64,000 bases of DNA from an uncultured Verrucomicrobiae bacterium (GTDB lineage Bacteria > Verrucomicrobiota > Verrucomicrobiia > Chthoniobacterales > UBA10450): positions 224,001 through 288,000 of the forward strand of contig CAVSDR010000002.1 in NCBI GenBank assembly GCA_963726745.1, given 5' to 3'. The position numbers and the translations under genes are program-made. Below the pieces are notes generated by a model. It did not search any database and was not told where the DNA came from. It saw only the letters and a list, made by a program, of their open reading frames with translations. This document shows, piece by piece, positions 10,265 to 20,714 of the stretch. Every line of letters begins with the position of its first letter. Position 1 is the stretch's first letter.

Positions 10265-10780
10265 TCAGGCTGGTTCGTCTTCGTAATAATGCTCGCGCAC
10301 TTTGCCGGCCCAGCGTTGGAAGACCTGGCGCAGGGCCGCCTTGGCCGCGCCGGCGATTTCCCCTTCCGGGATCGGGTGCACGAAGACGTCGGAGACGCCG
10401 TGATCGAAGACTCCGCCGCTGATGCTTTCCTCCCGGAAGACGAGGATCGGCACGCGCAGCCCAAAGAGGATGCCGGACTCGAGATGATTCCACGGGGTGG
10501 GGAACGACATCGGAACGCTGAAGCTTTTCTCCGCGGGAGTGCCCGGTTTTACCAGCCCGCTGGCGGCGCGGAATTGCTCGAAGCCAAGGATGACGCCGCC
10601 GAAGCAATGCCGCGCGATCAAGAGCACTTCGCGCAGCGGGAGCTCGGTGGGATAATCGGAACGGCCAAGGGCGCGCGGTTCGAGGTCGTTGTCCTCGAGT
10701 TGCTGGATGATGACGCTGCGCGCAGCCTCTTGCCCCGGCGAAAGGCTCGTCGGCGACGAAACGAACACGGGAATTTTCAT
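10265..10780 (-). CDS. TIR/NDT-like fold hypothetical protein
   Basis: IPVFVSSP first strand, TPWNHLESG helix with Glu, PILVF strand. Confidence 0.6.
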   Translation of the reverse strand: MKIPVFVSSPTSLSPGQEAARSVIIQQLEDNDLEPRALGRSDYPTELPLREVLLIARHCFGGVILGFEQFRAASGLVKPGTPAEKSFSVPMSFPTPWNHLESGILFGLRVPILVFREESISGGVFDHGVSDVFVHPIPEGEIAGAAKAALRQVFQRWAGKVREHYYEDEPA

Positions 10781-10851
10781 GGGGGAAACTCCATGAAGGG
10801 CGATCCCTCCCGCGGCGGCAAGCCGATTTTAGACAGCGAGATGTACTCTCG

Positions 10852-12109
10852 CTAGCCCTGCACGAGCGCGCGCACGCCGGCGAGGAGGCGATCGACTTCC
10901 TCTTCGGTGGTGTAACAGGCGCAGCCGGCGCGAAGGACGCCGTGGGGCGCAAGGCCCAGGCGGTCGATCACCGTCATGGCGTAGAAGTGTCCATCGGAAG
11001 CGAAGACACCTTGCCGGACCAAGGCGCGGGCGACCTGGGCCGCCGTGTGACCCTGCACGGTGAACGCGATCGTCGGCGTGCGGGCCGCGCCCGGTGCCGG
11101 GCCGAAAGTGCGGACGCCGGGGATTTCCTGGAGCCCGGTCCACATCCGGGCGAACAACTCCGAGCCGCGGCGATGGAGTTCGCCGAAGGCCGACTCTAAT
11201 TTTGCGCGCCGCGTCGCGCCGTGGCCTAACGAGGCCAGGAAGTCGACTGCGGCGGCCGCGCCGGCCATGCTCTCGAAGCTTTGCGTCCCGGTCTCCACGC
11301 GGTCCGGCGCCTCGTCAGGGGCGGGGATGAGCTTCGGGAAATCAACTTTAGCCAGCAACTCGTGCCGGCCGAATAGAATCCCGGTGTGCGGCCCGTAGAA
11401 CTTGTAGGAAGAACAGGCGAGGAAGTCGCACTCAAGCGCGCGCACATCGACCAGGGTGTGCGGCGCGTAATGCACCGCATCAACGAAGGCGAGCGCGCCG
11501 ACGCTGTGTGCCAGGTCGGCCGCGCGGCGGACGTCGCTGATCGTGCCGATGGCGTTCGAGGCCGCGCCGACAGCGACCAATTTCGTGCGGGCGTTCACCT
11601 GCTGCTCGAAGTGTTCCCAATCGAGCTGCCCGGTCTCCGGGATCGAGGCGGACAACGCGGATGGTCACGCCGCGCTCTTTCTCGAGCGCGCGCCAGGGGG
11701 CGACGTTTGCGTGGTGATCGAGCTCCGTGATCACGATCTCGTCGCCTGCGCCCCAACCGCGCCCGAGCGCCCGGGCAAGATGAAAGGTGAGCGAGGTCAT
11801 GTTTTGCCCGAAGGCAATTTCATTCGCTTGGGCGTTGAGGAAATCCGCCAGCGTGGCGCGCGCGCGCAGGACGAGCGCGTCGGTCTCCGCGCTCGTGGGG
11901 AAGGACCAATGCGTGTTCGCATTGTGATGGAAAAGGTAATCGGTCATCGCTTCCGCGACCACACGCGGCACCTGGGTGCCGCCGGGCCCGTCGAAATAGG
12001 CGACCGGATGTCCGGCATGTTCGCGCTCGAGCGCCGGAAACGCGGCCCGGATTTGAGCGACGGAAACGGGGGCGGCCTGCGGTGCGGTGGCGGGAGCGAG
12101 CGTGGTCAT
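10852..12109 (-). CDS. Cysteine desulfurase-like class V aminotransferase; frameshift near 11650
   Basis: YFDGPGGTQVP, LDHHANVAPW, DAVHYAPH, SSYKFYGPH. Confidence 0.9.
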
Positions 12110-12216
12110 GGAGCAGATGCTCCGCGCGGGCCGGCGCGATCGCAAACGCCGCTTTGGCCGCCGGATAATGCGATGGCCAGTCGCGCCTCGCCTTGCTACG
12201 ATCGGCTTCCCCTCCC

Positions 12217-13707
12217 ATGAAAAAATTCCTCCTCCTGCTTTTCCTCTCGGCCTTCCTGGCCGGGGTGGGCGCCGCGCAGACGACGCCCTTCAACCAGGCC
12301 TTTGGTGAGCGCTTTCGCCCTGGGCCGGACAATCGGCCGCCTCTGCCGCATTTCGGACAGGAAATCACGCACCGCTGGAACTTGATCGCGATCAATGCCA
12401 CGGGGCTCGATCACACGCCGGTCGGTCCGGGCGAGGCGCGCGTCTTCGGCGAGCAACTCGGGCCGGGCCGCGCGAGCCGCGCGATGGCCATCGTGCACAT
12501 TGCGATCTTCGATGCGGTCAATGCCATCGTCGGCCAGTATCAAAGTTACACCGGGCTTTCGCGCTTCCGTCCCCGCTGCTCGATGGAGGCGGCAGTCGCG
12601 CAAGCGGCGCACGATACCCTGGTTGCGCTCTATCCTTCGCAGCAGGCGAGCTTCGATGCCCGGCTGGCGGAGGATCTTTCCGCGATCCGGAATTCCGCCT
12701 TGCGCGATGCCGGGATCGCACTCGGGCGGCGCGCGGCGGCAGCCATCCTCGCGCTCCGCTCGGGCGACGGCGCGGAAGTGCCGGAGCCGCTCATGGGCAC
12801 GGGATGGATCCCCAGTCTCGAGCCCGGTCATTGGCGGCAGGATCCGGTGAGCCAGGTGCCGATCGCGCTCGGGGCGCATTGGGGCGCGTGCCGGCCGTTT
12901 GTGGTCGAATCACCGAGCCAGTTTCGCGCGCCGCCGCCGCCAGCGCTCACCAGCGCCGAATACACGCGCGATTACAACGAGACCAAGCGCCTCGGCGGCG
13001 ACGGCATCACGACGCCGACCGAGCGGACCGCGGAGCAAACTTTTATCGGCACCTTCTGGGCCTATGACGGCACGCCCAGCCTTTGCGCTCCGCCGCGCTT
13101 GTATAATCAGCTCACGGTCCAACTGGCCGACCGCGCGCACTTGAGCGGGGTGGAGTTGGCTCACCTCCTGGCGTTGGTCAACGTCAGCCTGGCGGACGCC
13201 GCCATGAGCGTCTGGGACTCGAAATATCACTACGATTTCTGGCGCCCGGTCACGGGCATCCGCGAGTCCGATGTCGGCACGGGCCCGACCGGACGGGGCG
13301 ACGGGAATCCCTCCACCGTGGGCGATCCCGGCTTCATGCCTTTGGGCGCGCCCGCGAGCAATCTCACCGGGCCCAACTTCACTCCGCCCTTCCCGACTTA
13401 CCCTTCCGGCCACGCCGGTTTTGGCGGCGCGCTCTTCCAAGTGCTGCGCCGCTACTTCGGGACCGACCGCTTCCCGTTCATCTTCGTCTCCGATGAATTC
13501 AACGGCACGACCTACGACGCCAACGGCAACCTGCGACCCTACCTGCCGCGCTTTTTCCGCTCCTTTTCGGAAGCGGAAATGGAGAACGGCCGCAGCCGGG
13601 TCTACCTCGGGATTCACTGGAATTTCGACAGCACTGAGGGCATCGCCCTCGGGCGGCGGGTGGGGGATTACGTCTACGATCACGTCTACCCTCCGGCCCG
13701 TCGTTAG
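12217..13707 (+). CDS. Secreted vanadium-dependent haloperoxidase (PAP2 superfamily), copy 1
   Basis: Signal peptide; KYHYDFWRP, YPSGH, SRVYLGIH. Confidence 0.85.
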   Translation: MKKFLLLLFLSAFLAGVGAAQTTPFNQAFGERFRPGPDNRPPLPHFGQEITHRWNLIAINATGLDHTPVGPGEARVFGEQLGPGRASRAMAIVHIAIFDAVNAIVGQYQSYTGLSRFRPRCSMEAAVAQAAHDTLVALYPSQQASFDARLAEDLSAIRNSALRDAGIALGRRAAAAILALRSGDGAEVPEPLMGTGWIPSLEPGHWRQDPVSQVPIALGAHWGACRPFVVESPSQFRAPPPPALTSAEYTRDYNETKRLGGDGITTPTERTAEQTFIGTFWAYDGTPSLCAPPRLYNQLTVQLADRAHLSGVELAHLLALVNVSLADAAMSVWDSKYHYDFWRPVTGIRESDVGTGPTGRGDGNPSTVGDPGFMPLGAPASNLTGPNFTPPFPTYPSGHAGFGGALFQVLRRYFGTDRFPFIFVSDEFNGTTYDANGNLRPYLPRFFRSFSEAEMENGRSRVYLGIHWNFDSTEGIALGRRVGDYVYDHVYPPARR

Positions 13708-13823
13708 GCGCGAAGCTATTCCCTCCCGCAGCAAGAGACAGCGAGATGAACCCGGGACAAAAACGGTGTTCAGCGCCGAGGCATTGTGCTTAAGCTCGAC
13801 CTTCCCTCGAATTCCACTCCCGC

Positions 13824-15323
13824 ATGATGATCCCTAAGACCCTCCTCCTCGCCTTGGCTGCGCTGGTTTCCTCGAACCTCGGCGCGGCGCAAAACAATTC
13901 CCTCACCCAAGCTTACGGCCCGCGTTATTCGCCCGGGCACGACAATCGCCCCGACCGTCCGCGGAAGGGCACCGAGATCGTCCACCGCTGGAACACGATC
14001 GCGATCAATGCCACTGGGCTGGACCACACGCCGCCGCGCCCGGGAGAAGATCGCGCTTATTACGAGCAACTCGGCCCGGGCCGCGCCAGCCGCGCGATGG
14101 CGATGGCGCACATCGCGCTCTTCGATGCCTACAACGCGACCAGCGGCGGAAAGTATCGCGGCTACACTTCCGTCGCGCCGGCGCGCGGGAACGTCTCGCA
14201 GGAAGCGGCCGTGGCGCAGGCGGTGCATGATACCCTGGTGGTGCTTTTCCCGGCGCAACGGAATCTCCTCGATGCCTCCCTGGAAGAGGATCTCTCCGAG
14301 GTGAAGAACGCGAACGCGCGCGCCGCGGGCGTGGAACTCGGCCGCCGGATCGCGGCGGAGCTCGTGGCCTTGCGGCAGGACGATGGCTCGGAGAAACCGG
14401 AGGTCTTCCATGGCGCTGGCTATTCCACGAGCGACCAGCCCGGCCATTGGCGCCAGGACCCGGTGAGCCACGAGCCGCTCGTGCTCGGGGCGCATTGGGG
14501 CGCGTGCAAGACCTTCGTGGTCGAGTCCTCGGCGCAGTTCCTCGCGCCGCCGCCACCGCCGATGAACTCGCCGGAATACACCGCCGCCTTCAACGAAACC
14601 AAACGCCTCGGCGGCGATGGCGTGCAAACGCCGACCGAACGAACCGAGGAGCAAAGTTTCATCGGCACCTTCTGGGCCTACGACGCCACTCCCAGTCTCT
14701 GTGCGCCGCCGCGCCTTTATAATCAGTTGCTCGTGCAAGTAGCCGACAACACCAAGGTCAAGGGAATCGACCTCGCGCGCCTGCTGGCCATCGCCAACGT
14801 GGCCATGGCCGATACCGCGATGACCGCGTGGGAATCGAAGTTTCACTACGACCTTTGGCGACCGGTGACCGGCATTCGCGAAAGCGATCTCGGCACCGGC
14901 CCCACGGGCCGGGGCGACGGCAATCCGCACACGGCCGGCGATCCCGGCTGGATGCCGCTGGGCGCGCCCGCGAGCAACTTAAACGGCCCGAATTTTACCC
15001 CGCCATTCCCGACTTATCCGTCGGGTCACGCCAGCTTCGGCGGTGCGCTCTTCCAGGTGCTTCGGCGTTTCTACGGGACCGATCGCATGCCCTTCACTTT
15101 CGTTTCAGACGAATTCAACGGGACCACGCACGATAACCAGGGGAACCTGCGGCCCTATCGGCCGCGCTCCTTCCGCACCTTCAGCGAAGCCGAAGCCGAG
15201 AACGGCCGCAGCCGAATTTATCTCGGGATTCACTGGAGCTTCGACGCCTCCGCTGGCATCGGCCTGGGCCGCCAGGTAGGCGACTACGTTTTCGAGCACG
15301 TGTTCCGCGAGAACAAGCACTGA
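13824..15323 (+). CDS. Secreted vanadium-dependent haloperoxidase (PAP2 superfamily), copy 2
   Basis: Signal peptide; KFHYDLWRP, YPSGH, SRIYLGIH; collinear paralog of copy 1. Confidence 0.85.
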   Translation: MMIPKTLLLALAALVSSNLGAAQNNSLTQAYGPRYSPGHDNRPDRPRKGTEIVHRWNTIAINATGLDHTPPRPGEDRAYYEQLGPGRASRAMAMAHIALFDAYNATSGGKYRGYTSVAPARGNVSQEAAVAQAVHDTLVVLFPAQRNLLDASLEEDLSEVKNANARAAGVELGRRIAAELVALRQDDGSEKPEVFHGAGYSTSDQPGHWRQDPVSHEPLVLGAHWGACKTFVVESSAQFLAPPPPPMNSPEYTAAFNETKRLGGDGVQTPTERTEEQSFIGTFWAYDATPSLCAPPRLYNQLLVQVADNTKVKGIDLARLLAIANVAMADTAMTAWESKFHYDLWRPVTGIRESDLGTGPTGRGDGNPHTAGDPGWMPLGAPASNLNGPNFTPPFPTYPSGHASFGGALFQVLRRFYGTDRMPFTFVSDEFNGTTHDNQGNLRPYRPRSFRTFSEAEAENGRSRIYLGIHWSFDASAGIGLGRQVGDYVFEHVFRENKH

Positions 15324-15374
15324 GCCTTGGCCGCGTCTCGCTTGCCCCGCAGCGATTGACCGCGAAGCTCCGCG

Positions 15375-16574
15375 GTGCGCGCGAAAAAGGGGAGCGAGGA
15401 ACAGGCGACACTTTCTGCTGGGCTGGCCACGCTGATCGCCTTCGCCTGCGGGGCGATGGTGGCCAACATCTATTACGCGCAGACTTTAGTCAGCGAGATC
15501 GGGCCGGAGATTGGGCTCTCGAAAGCATTGGCGGGCGCCATCGTCACGCTGACGCAGCTCGGCTACGGGCTGGGCCTGTTCCTGGTCGTGCCGCTGGGCG
15601 ATCTCTTCGAGAATCGGCGTCTGGCTTTGCTCATGACCGGCGGAACGGTCCTGAGCACGCTGGCGATCGCGCTTTCGCAGGGGCCGTGGACTTTCCTCGC
15701 GGCCTCGCTCGTGACCGGCGTCTGCGCGAGCGGGGCGCAGGTGTTGTTGCCACTGGCCTCGCATCTCAGCCCGCCGGAGCGGCAGGGGCGCGTCATCGGC
15801 GGAATCATGAGCGGCTTGCTTGCCGGGATCATGCTCGCGCGGCCGCTGGCCAGTTTCATGGCGGAACTCGCCGGGTGGCGCTCGATCTTTTTCCTCTCGG
15901 CTGCGCTCATGCTCGCGCTCGGCCTCGCCCTCGCGCTCACCCTGCCCACGCGGGTGCCGCCCTCGCGGCGGAGCTATCGCGAGATCCTCGCCTCGATGTT
16001 TGCGCTCACGAAAGAGCATGCGTCGCTGCGCCTCCGGGCGCTTTACCAAGGCGCACTCTTCGCGGCCTTCAATCTCTTCTGGACCGCGGCGCCGCTCGTC
16101 TTGCTCCAGCGCTTTCATTTTACCCACAATCAAGTCGCGCTCTTTGCGCTCGCCGGGGCCGGCGGCGCCTTGGCGGCGCCTCTCGCCGGGGTGCTGGCCG
16201 ATCGCGGGAAGACTCGCCTAACGACCGCGCTCGCGCATGGGCTTCTGGTGGTTTCCTTCCTCGCGGCCGGCGGCGCGGTCGCAGCGGCGAGCGCGATCGC
16301 GTTTGCCGTGACCGCCTTCTTGATCGACGCCGCGGTCCAGCTGAACCAAATCACCGGGCAGAAGATTGTCTTCGATCTCTCGAGCGAGGCGCGCAGCCGG
16401 CTGAACTCAATTTATCTCACGGCCATGTTCGTCATCGGCGCGACCGGTTCGCTCATCGGCTCGGCCGCGTTTGCCGCCGGCGGCTGGATGCTCACCGCAG
16501 GAATCGGGGCCGCCATCGGGACGATCTCGCTGGTTATTTTCCTGCTCTGCGATCGTGGGCGCTCGGGCCAGTGA
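15375..16574 (+). CDS. MFS transporter
   Basis: About 12 TM helices; PLGDLFENRR motif A; ANIYYAQ. Confidence 0.9.
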   Translation: MRAKKGSEEQATLSAGLATLIAFACGAMVANIYYAQTLVSEIGPEIGLSKALAGAIVTLTQLGYGLGLFLVVPLGDLFENRRLALLMTGGTVLSTLAIALSQGPWTFLAASLVTGVCASGAQVLLPLASHLSPPERQGRVIGGIMSGLLAGIMLARPLASFMAELAGWRSIFFLSAALMLALGLALALTLPTRVPPSRRSYREILASMFALTKEHASLRLRALYQGALFAAFNLFWTAAPLVLLQRFHFTHNQVALFALAGAGGALAAPLAGVLADRGKTRLTTALAHGLLVVSFLAAGGAVAAASAIAFAVTAFLIDAAVQLNQITGQKIVFDLSSEARSRLNSIYLTAMFVIGATGSLIGSAAFAAGGWMLTAGIGAAIGTISLVIFLLCDRGRSGQ

Positions 16575-16617
16575 AAGCCGTTCCGCCGCGGTCCGTTCTC
16601 TGCTAAAGTCCCACGCG

Positions 16618-17655
16618 ATGGCCCGGGTGGTTCTCCTTTCCGCAACCCCAGACGACGACGGGACTGATTACAATCTCGCGCCGCTGCGCGCGCTCCAGAA
16701 AAGCGCCACGGTGGATCGCTTCCGCAAGCACACTTTGATCGAGGATGCCTCGGCGGCCGACGTCATTCTCTTCGCGGAGTATTACGGCGGCGGCTTCCAC
16801 TTCGAACGGCTGCGGCGGCATCCGCTGGTGCGGGCATACCGGGAGCGGTGCTTCCTGTTTTCTTCCAATGCCTATGCGGTGCCTTTCCTCCCCGGGATTT
16901 ACGCCTCGGTCGAGCAGCGCTGGTCCTCGCGTCGCACCTGCGGCGGCTTCTACCTCGGCCTGCCGCCTAACGAGTTCACCACCTACACGCCGCCGGACGA
17001 CGACCTGCCTTACCTCTTCAGCTTCATGGGCTCGACCGCGAACGCCCCGGTGCGCCGCGCGCTCGCGCAGCTCCGGCATCCGCGCGCTTTCTTCCAGGAT
17101 ACCGCGGAGGAATTTAGCCGGCTGCTTGAGCGCCAGATGTCGCCGCGCGAGCGGCGCGATTACCACCGCCGCTACGCGGAACTCACCAAGGCGAGCAAGT
17201 TTGTCCTTTGCCCGCGCGGACTCGGGGCGGGGACGATCCGGCTTTTCGAAACCCTGCGCATGGGGCGCGTGCCGGTGATTCTCTCCGATCAATGGGTGCC
17301 GCCGGACGGCCCGGCCTGGGACGAATTTAGCCTGCGCGTGCCCGAGCGGGAGCTGGCGCGGCTCCCACGCCTGCTCGAGGAACGCGAGCCGGAGGCGGTC
17401 GCGATGGGAGAGCGCGCGCGGCGCGTGTGGGAAGATTGGTTTTCCGAGGAAGTGGCCTTTCACCGCGTGGTCGAAAGCTGCCTGGCGCTGCGGGAACGCC
17501 GGCGCCTGCCCGAAGCGCTCGCGCGCTGGACGGCCTACGCGCACTATGCGCGGCCGTTCCATTTCCGTCGGCTGCTCCGGCGGAAATACGAGGCGCTGCG
17601 CGGCCGCCTGAGCACGCAGCCGGCGCCGCGTGCCTCTGTTTTCGAAAGCGCCTAA
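16618..17655 (+). CDS. Exostosin-family (GT47) glycosyltransferase
   Basis: SKFVLCPRG...RLFETLRMGRVPVILSD. Confidence 0.85.
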   Translation: MARVVLLSATPDDDGTDYNLAPLRALQKSATVDRFRKHTLIEDASAADVILFAEYYGGGFHFERLRRHPLVRAYRERCFLFSSNAYAVPFLPGIYASVEQRWSSRRTCGGFYLGLPPNEFTTYTPPDDDLPYLFSFMGSTANAPVRRALAQLRHPRAFFQDTAEEFSRLLERQMSPRERRDYHRRYAELTKASKFVLCPRGLGAGTIRLFETLRMGRVPVILSDQWVPPDGPAWDEFSLRVPERELARLPRLLEEREPEAVAMGERARRVWEDWFSEEVAFHRVVESCLALRERRRLPEALARWTAYAHYARPFHFRRLLRRKYEALRGRLSTQPAPRASVFESA

Positions 17656-18044
17656 CGACTGCTTTCGCGCGGCCCGAGGAGCTCTGCGACCGCGCGCTCG
17701 ATCTCGGCAATGGCCACCGGCTTGCGCAGGTAGGCTTCGCCGCAAAGCGCGACTGCGCGGGCATGTTCCGCTTCGTCGCCGTAGGCAGAATAGTAGAGCA
17801 CCGGCACCTCCGGGCGGAGCTCGCGAAGTTGCTGGCAAAGTTCCACCCCGGTGCCATCCGGGAGACGGATGTCGAGCAGGTAAAGATCGAATGGAATCTC
17901 TTTCGCCAAGGCCAATCCCTCTGCTACCGAACCGGCCGTCAGAACTCCGTAGCCGGCATCCTGCAGGAGCGCGGCCATGATCAAGCGCGTGTCCTGGTGA
18001 TCGTCCACGTGGAGAATGCGCGCCTTGGTTTCCGCGGGTTTCAT
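17652..18044 (-). CDS. Single-domain response regulator
   Basis: ILHVDD, LLDIRLPDGTG, YSA, YLRKP. Confidence 0.9.
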   Translation of the reverse strand: MKPAETKARILHVDDHQDTRLIMAALLQDAGYGVLTAGSVAEGLALAKEIPFDLYLLDIRLPDGTGVELCQQLRELRPEVPVLYYSAYGDEAEHARAVALCGEAYLRKPVAIAEIERAVAELLGPRESSR

Positions 18045-18080
18045 CGTTCGTTAGGCGTCGTTTTGGCGGGTGGTGGCGAG

Positions 18081-18542
18081 CTAGTCCCGGCGCATGGTGA
18101 CCACGCCGTCACCGACCTCGGCCACCTTGAAACCAAACCGCTCGTAAAGCCGGATCGCCGGATTGCCCGGGCCCACGTGCAGGCGCACGGCGGATTGCTC
18201 GGGATGGCTCCGGACCAGATGCGTAAGCAGCGCGGTGCCGAGGCCACGCTTGCGCGATCCGGGCTTCACCGAGAGCGCCAATTCCGGGAGGCCGCCGCTT
18301 GCTTCGCCCGCCATTTGCCGCACCCAGACCGCGCCTAGCAACTCGCCCGTGCCGTCGTCGTGCGCCACAAACCCGAGGTCGCCCGCGCGGCCCCAGCTTT
18401 CGAAATAGCGGGCATATTGCGGCTCTTGCACGATCTCGCGCGGTGGCCGTGGCTGACCTGCGAGCCCGCTCAAGCCTTCGTAGACCATCTCGGAAAGAAG
18501 GCCGACGTCGACGGCGGTGAGGGAGCGAATCGTGTAGGTCAT
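18081..18542 (-). CDS. GNAT acetyltransferase
   Basis: RKRGLGTALL and NPAIRLYERFGF. Confidence 0.85.
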   Translation of the reverse strand: MTYTIRSLTAVDVGLLSEMVYEGLSGLAGQPRPPREIVQEPQYARYFESWGRAGDLGFVAHDDGTGELLGAVWVRQMAGEASGGLPELALSVKPGSRKRGLGTALLTHLVRSHPEQSAVRLHVGPGNPAIRLYERFGFKVAEVGDGVVTMRRD

Positions 18543-19687
18543 CGGGAAGACGCGACGGAACTTGTTAAGCGAAGGAAGCTCCCCACGCGAGAGCCTTTTC
18601 GCGGCGCGCCTGGCGCGGCCGGCCACGGGCCCGGTCTTGCGCTCGTTAGGCAGCGGGCTTGGCGCCGGCGATGGCGCAGCCATTGGCCCAGGCTCACGAG
18701 GCCCAGGAAGCCGCCGCAAAGCGCCGCCGAAGGGGCCGGCTCCGGCACGACTGCAAAGGCGAGACCGTTCAAGCCCGCGAGGTCGATGCCGCCGCCGCCG
18801 GTGTTCCCGTCGGTGGTCGTCGGGTAGAAGGTGGCATTCGTCCAGTCGAGGAGCTGCGTGGAGTTGGTTGCGGTCACGTCGGCGGCCATGAGCGAATAGC
18901 CGTAGATCCGCGTCCCGTTGGTCAAGCCAAGGTCGGCGGGGGTGATCACGATCCCGCCGATTCCCTGTATCTGCGTCGTGCTGCTGTCGGTGTTGGCGGT
19001 GAGGTTGTCGCCATTGCTGTAGCGGAAGAGGCGAAAAGTAAAATCCGCGATGGGATTGCTCGCTCCACCCCAACCCGCGGCGACCTTCAGAAGGGTGCCG
19101 TAAGCGGTCGGATTACCCGAGGCATCGATGGCCGTCACAGCGGCAATGGCGAAGGAATCGTGCACTCCGACTGCGCCGCGATCGAAGACGGCAAAGGCGA
19201 GGGCATTGCTCACCGTCAGCCCGCTGTTCCAGGTAAAATCGAGCCGCTCGATGTTACCCGTGGGCGCGGTCGTGCCATTCGCAAAGGTGTTATCCGAGCC
19301 GACGTTGATATCGTTGCTCGCGAGCAAGGCGCCATAGGCGGTGGCGTGCGGCGCGCTGAGATTCGTCCCGGTGCCGCTGCCGGTATACCAGACGGAGGAC
19401 TGGTTGCTGTTGACCGCGTTGCGCCGGATGAAAACATTGTTGGCCGCGCCCGTGATGCCATAAGTCGAAGCACCGGCCACCAGGCCGGTCACGCTCTGTT
19501 TTTTGCCTTCAAACGTGTAGCCCTCCGTGGTCGACGCGGTGTTGGTGACCACGGTGGTGGTCATGCTGGTGACATCAAACGTGGCTCGCAGCGTCGTCGC
19601 CGTGGCAAACAAACAGAGACCAATGAAAAGCAAACCTTTGGCAAACACTCCGTCCCTGAAAGCAGTCAGCGTGCCTCCAACTTCCAA
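18539..19687 (-). CDS. PEP-CTERM surface protein
   Basis: Signal peptide, Thr/Gly/Asn-rich body, VPEP + TM + RHRRR. Confidence 0.8.
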   Translation of the reverse strand: MEVGGTLTAFRDGVFAKGLLFIGLCLFATATTLRATFDVTSMTTTVVTNTASTTEGYTFEGKKQSVTGLVAGASTYGITGAANNVFIRRNAVNSNQSSVWYTGSGTGTNLSAPHATAYGALLASNDINVGSDNTFANGTTAPTGNIERLDFTWNSGLTVSNALAFAVFDRGAVGVHDSFAIAAVTAIDASGNPTAYGTLLKVAAGWGGASNPIADFTFRLFRYSNGDNLTANTDSSTTQIQGIGGIVITPADLGLTNGTRIYGYSLMAADVTATNSTQLLDWTNATFYPTTTDGNTGGGGIDLAGLNGLAFAVVPEPAPSAALCGGFLGLVSLGQWLRHRRRQARCLTSARPGPWPAAPGAPRKGSRVGSFLRLTSSVASSR

Positions 19688-19750
19688 GCTTTGTCAGCTC
19701 GAGAGAGAAAAGGCGCATCCAGCAGCGTTCGTTCGGTCGTTTTTCGGGTT

Positions 19751-20245
19751 ATGGGAACAAATCGACGGGAGGAAGTGATCGAATGGTTAAACGATGCCTA
19801 CGCCATGGAGCGCGGGCTGGAAGTGACCTTGAAGAAGCAGGCGGAGAACCAGGACGTGCACCGTGCCGTAAGGGAACGCGCCCGAATTCATCTCGACGAA
19901 ACAATGGCGCACGCTGAGCGCTTGGAGCAGTGCTTGAAGCTGCTCGGGACCACACCGTCGACAGTGAAAAGCGCCACCGGCCAAATGCTCGAAATCGGCA
20001 AAGGCTTGCTGACCAAGTTTGCGCGCGACGAGCGCGTGAAAGACTTCCTCGCCGCCTATGGTGCGGAATATTTTGAAGTGGCTTGCTACAAATCGCTCAT
20101 TGCCGGCGCCCGCGCGGCCGGGGAAGAAGCGATCATTCCGCTGCTGGAGCAAAATTTGAAGCAAGACCAGGCCATGGCGGAGTGGCTCGACATGAACATC
20201 GACGCGGTCACGCGGGATTATTTGAATAACGCCGTCGCAGCTTGA
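19751..20245 (+). CDS. Ferritin-like DUF892 (YciE/YciF) protein
   Basis: WLNDAYAME, HLDET, EYFEVACY. Confidence 0.85.
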   Translation: MGTNRREEVIEWLNDAYAMERGLEVTLKKQAENQDVHRAVRERARIHLDETMAHAERLEQCLKLLGTTPSTVKSATGQMLEIGKGLLTKFARDERVKDFLAAYGAEYFEVACYKSLIAGARAAGEEAIIPLLEQNLKQDQAMAEWLDMNIDAVTRDYLNNAVAA

Positions 20246-20313
20246 ACCGGCGATGATCCGGCAAGGTTTGAGAGCTGAAGTAGCTAGCTAAAAATTACTC
20301 CCGCCCAGCCGAC

Positions 20314-20592
20314 CTAACGAGTCTTGGGCGGCTCGGGCGGGAGCACCTGACCATAGGACGAGCCAGGTTTCATTTCGACTGCGAATTGCGCCGACGGAAT
20401 CGGTGCGCCCGGACCGTAGATATAACGCACCACCCCGGTTTCGCGGTCGAGCGTCACAACCGCGTGCTCATTAGGAAGCACGGTCATTTCATAGCGCCCG
20501 TTGCTGCCGCCGAGGCCTTGCACGAAGTGGTAGGTAGATGAAGCACCCGCCGCCACTCCCAGCAGCGAGGTCAGCAGGAGAGTCTTGATCAT
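20314..20592 (-). CDS. Small secreted hypothetical protein
   Basis: Signal-peptide-like start MIKTLLLTSLLGVAAGA. Confidence 0.55.
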   Translation of the reverse strand: MIKTLLLTSLLGVAAGASSTYHFVQGLGGSNGRYEMTVLPNEHAVVTLDRETGVVRYIYGPGAPIPSAQFAVEMKPGSSYGQVLPPEPPKTR

Positions 20593-20714
20593 GCACGGGA
20601 TGATGCCGGAAGTGCGCCCAGCGAAGCAAGCGCGGCCTTGCCCGCTGCAGACAAAAGCCGCGGCTGTAGGGACACCAGCGACCAAAGCGTCGTCGTGTGA
20701 ACGTTAACCCCGCG

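Noticed and set aside
18659..19750. Long N-terminal extensions on the DUF892 ORF (likewise the SPFH, amidohydrolase and kinase ORFs)
   Set aside because: They overlap real genes; stop-poor high-GC artefact
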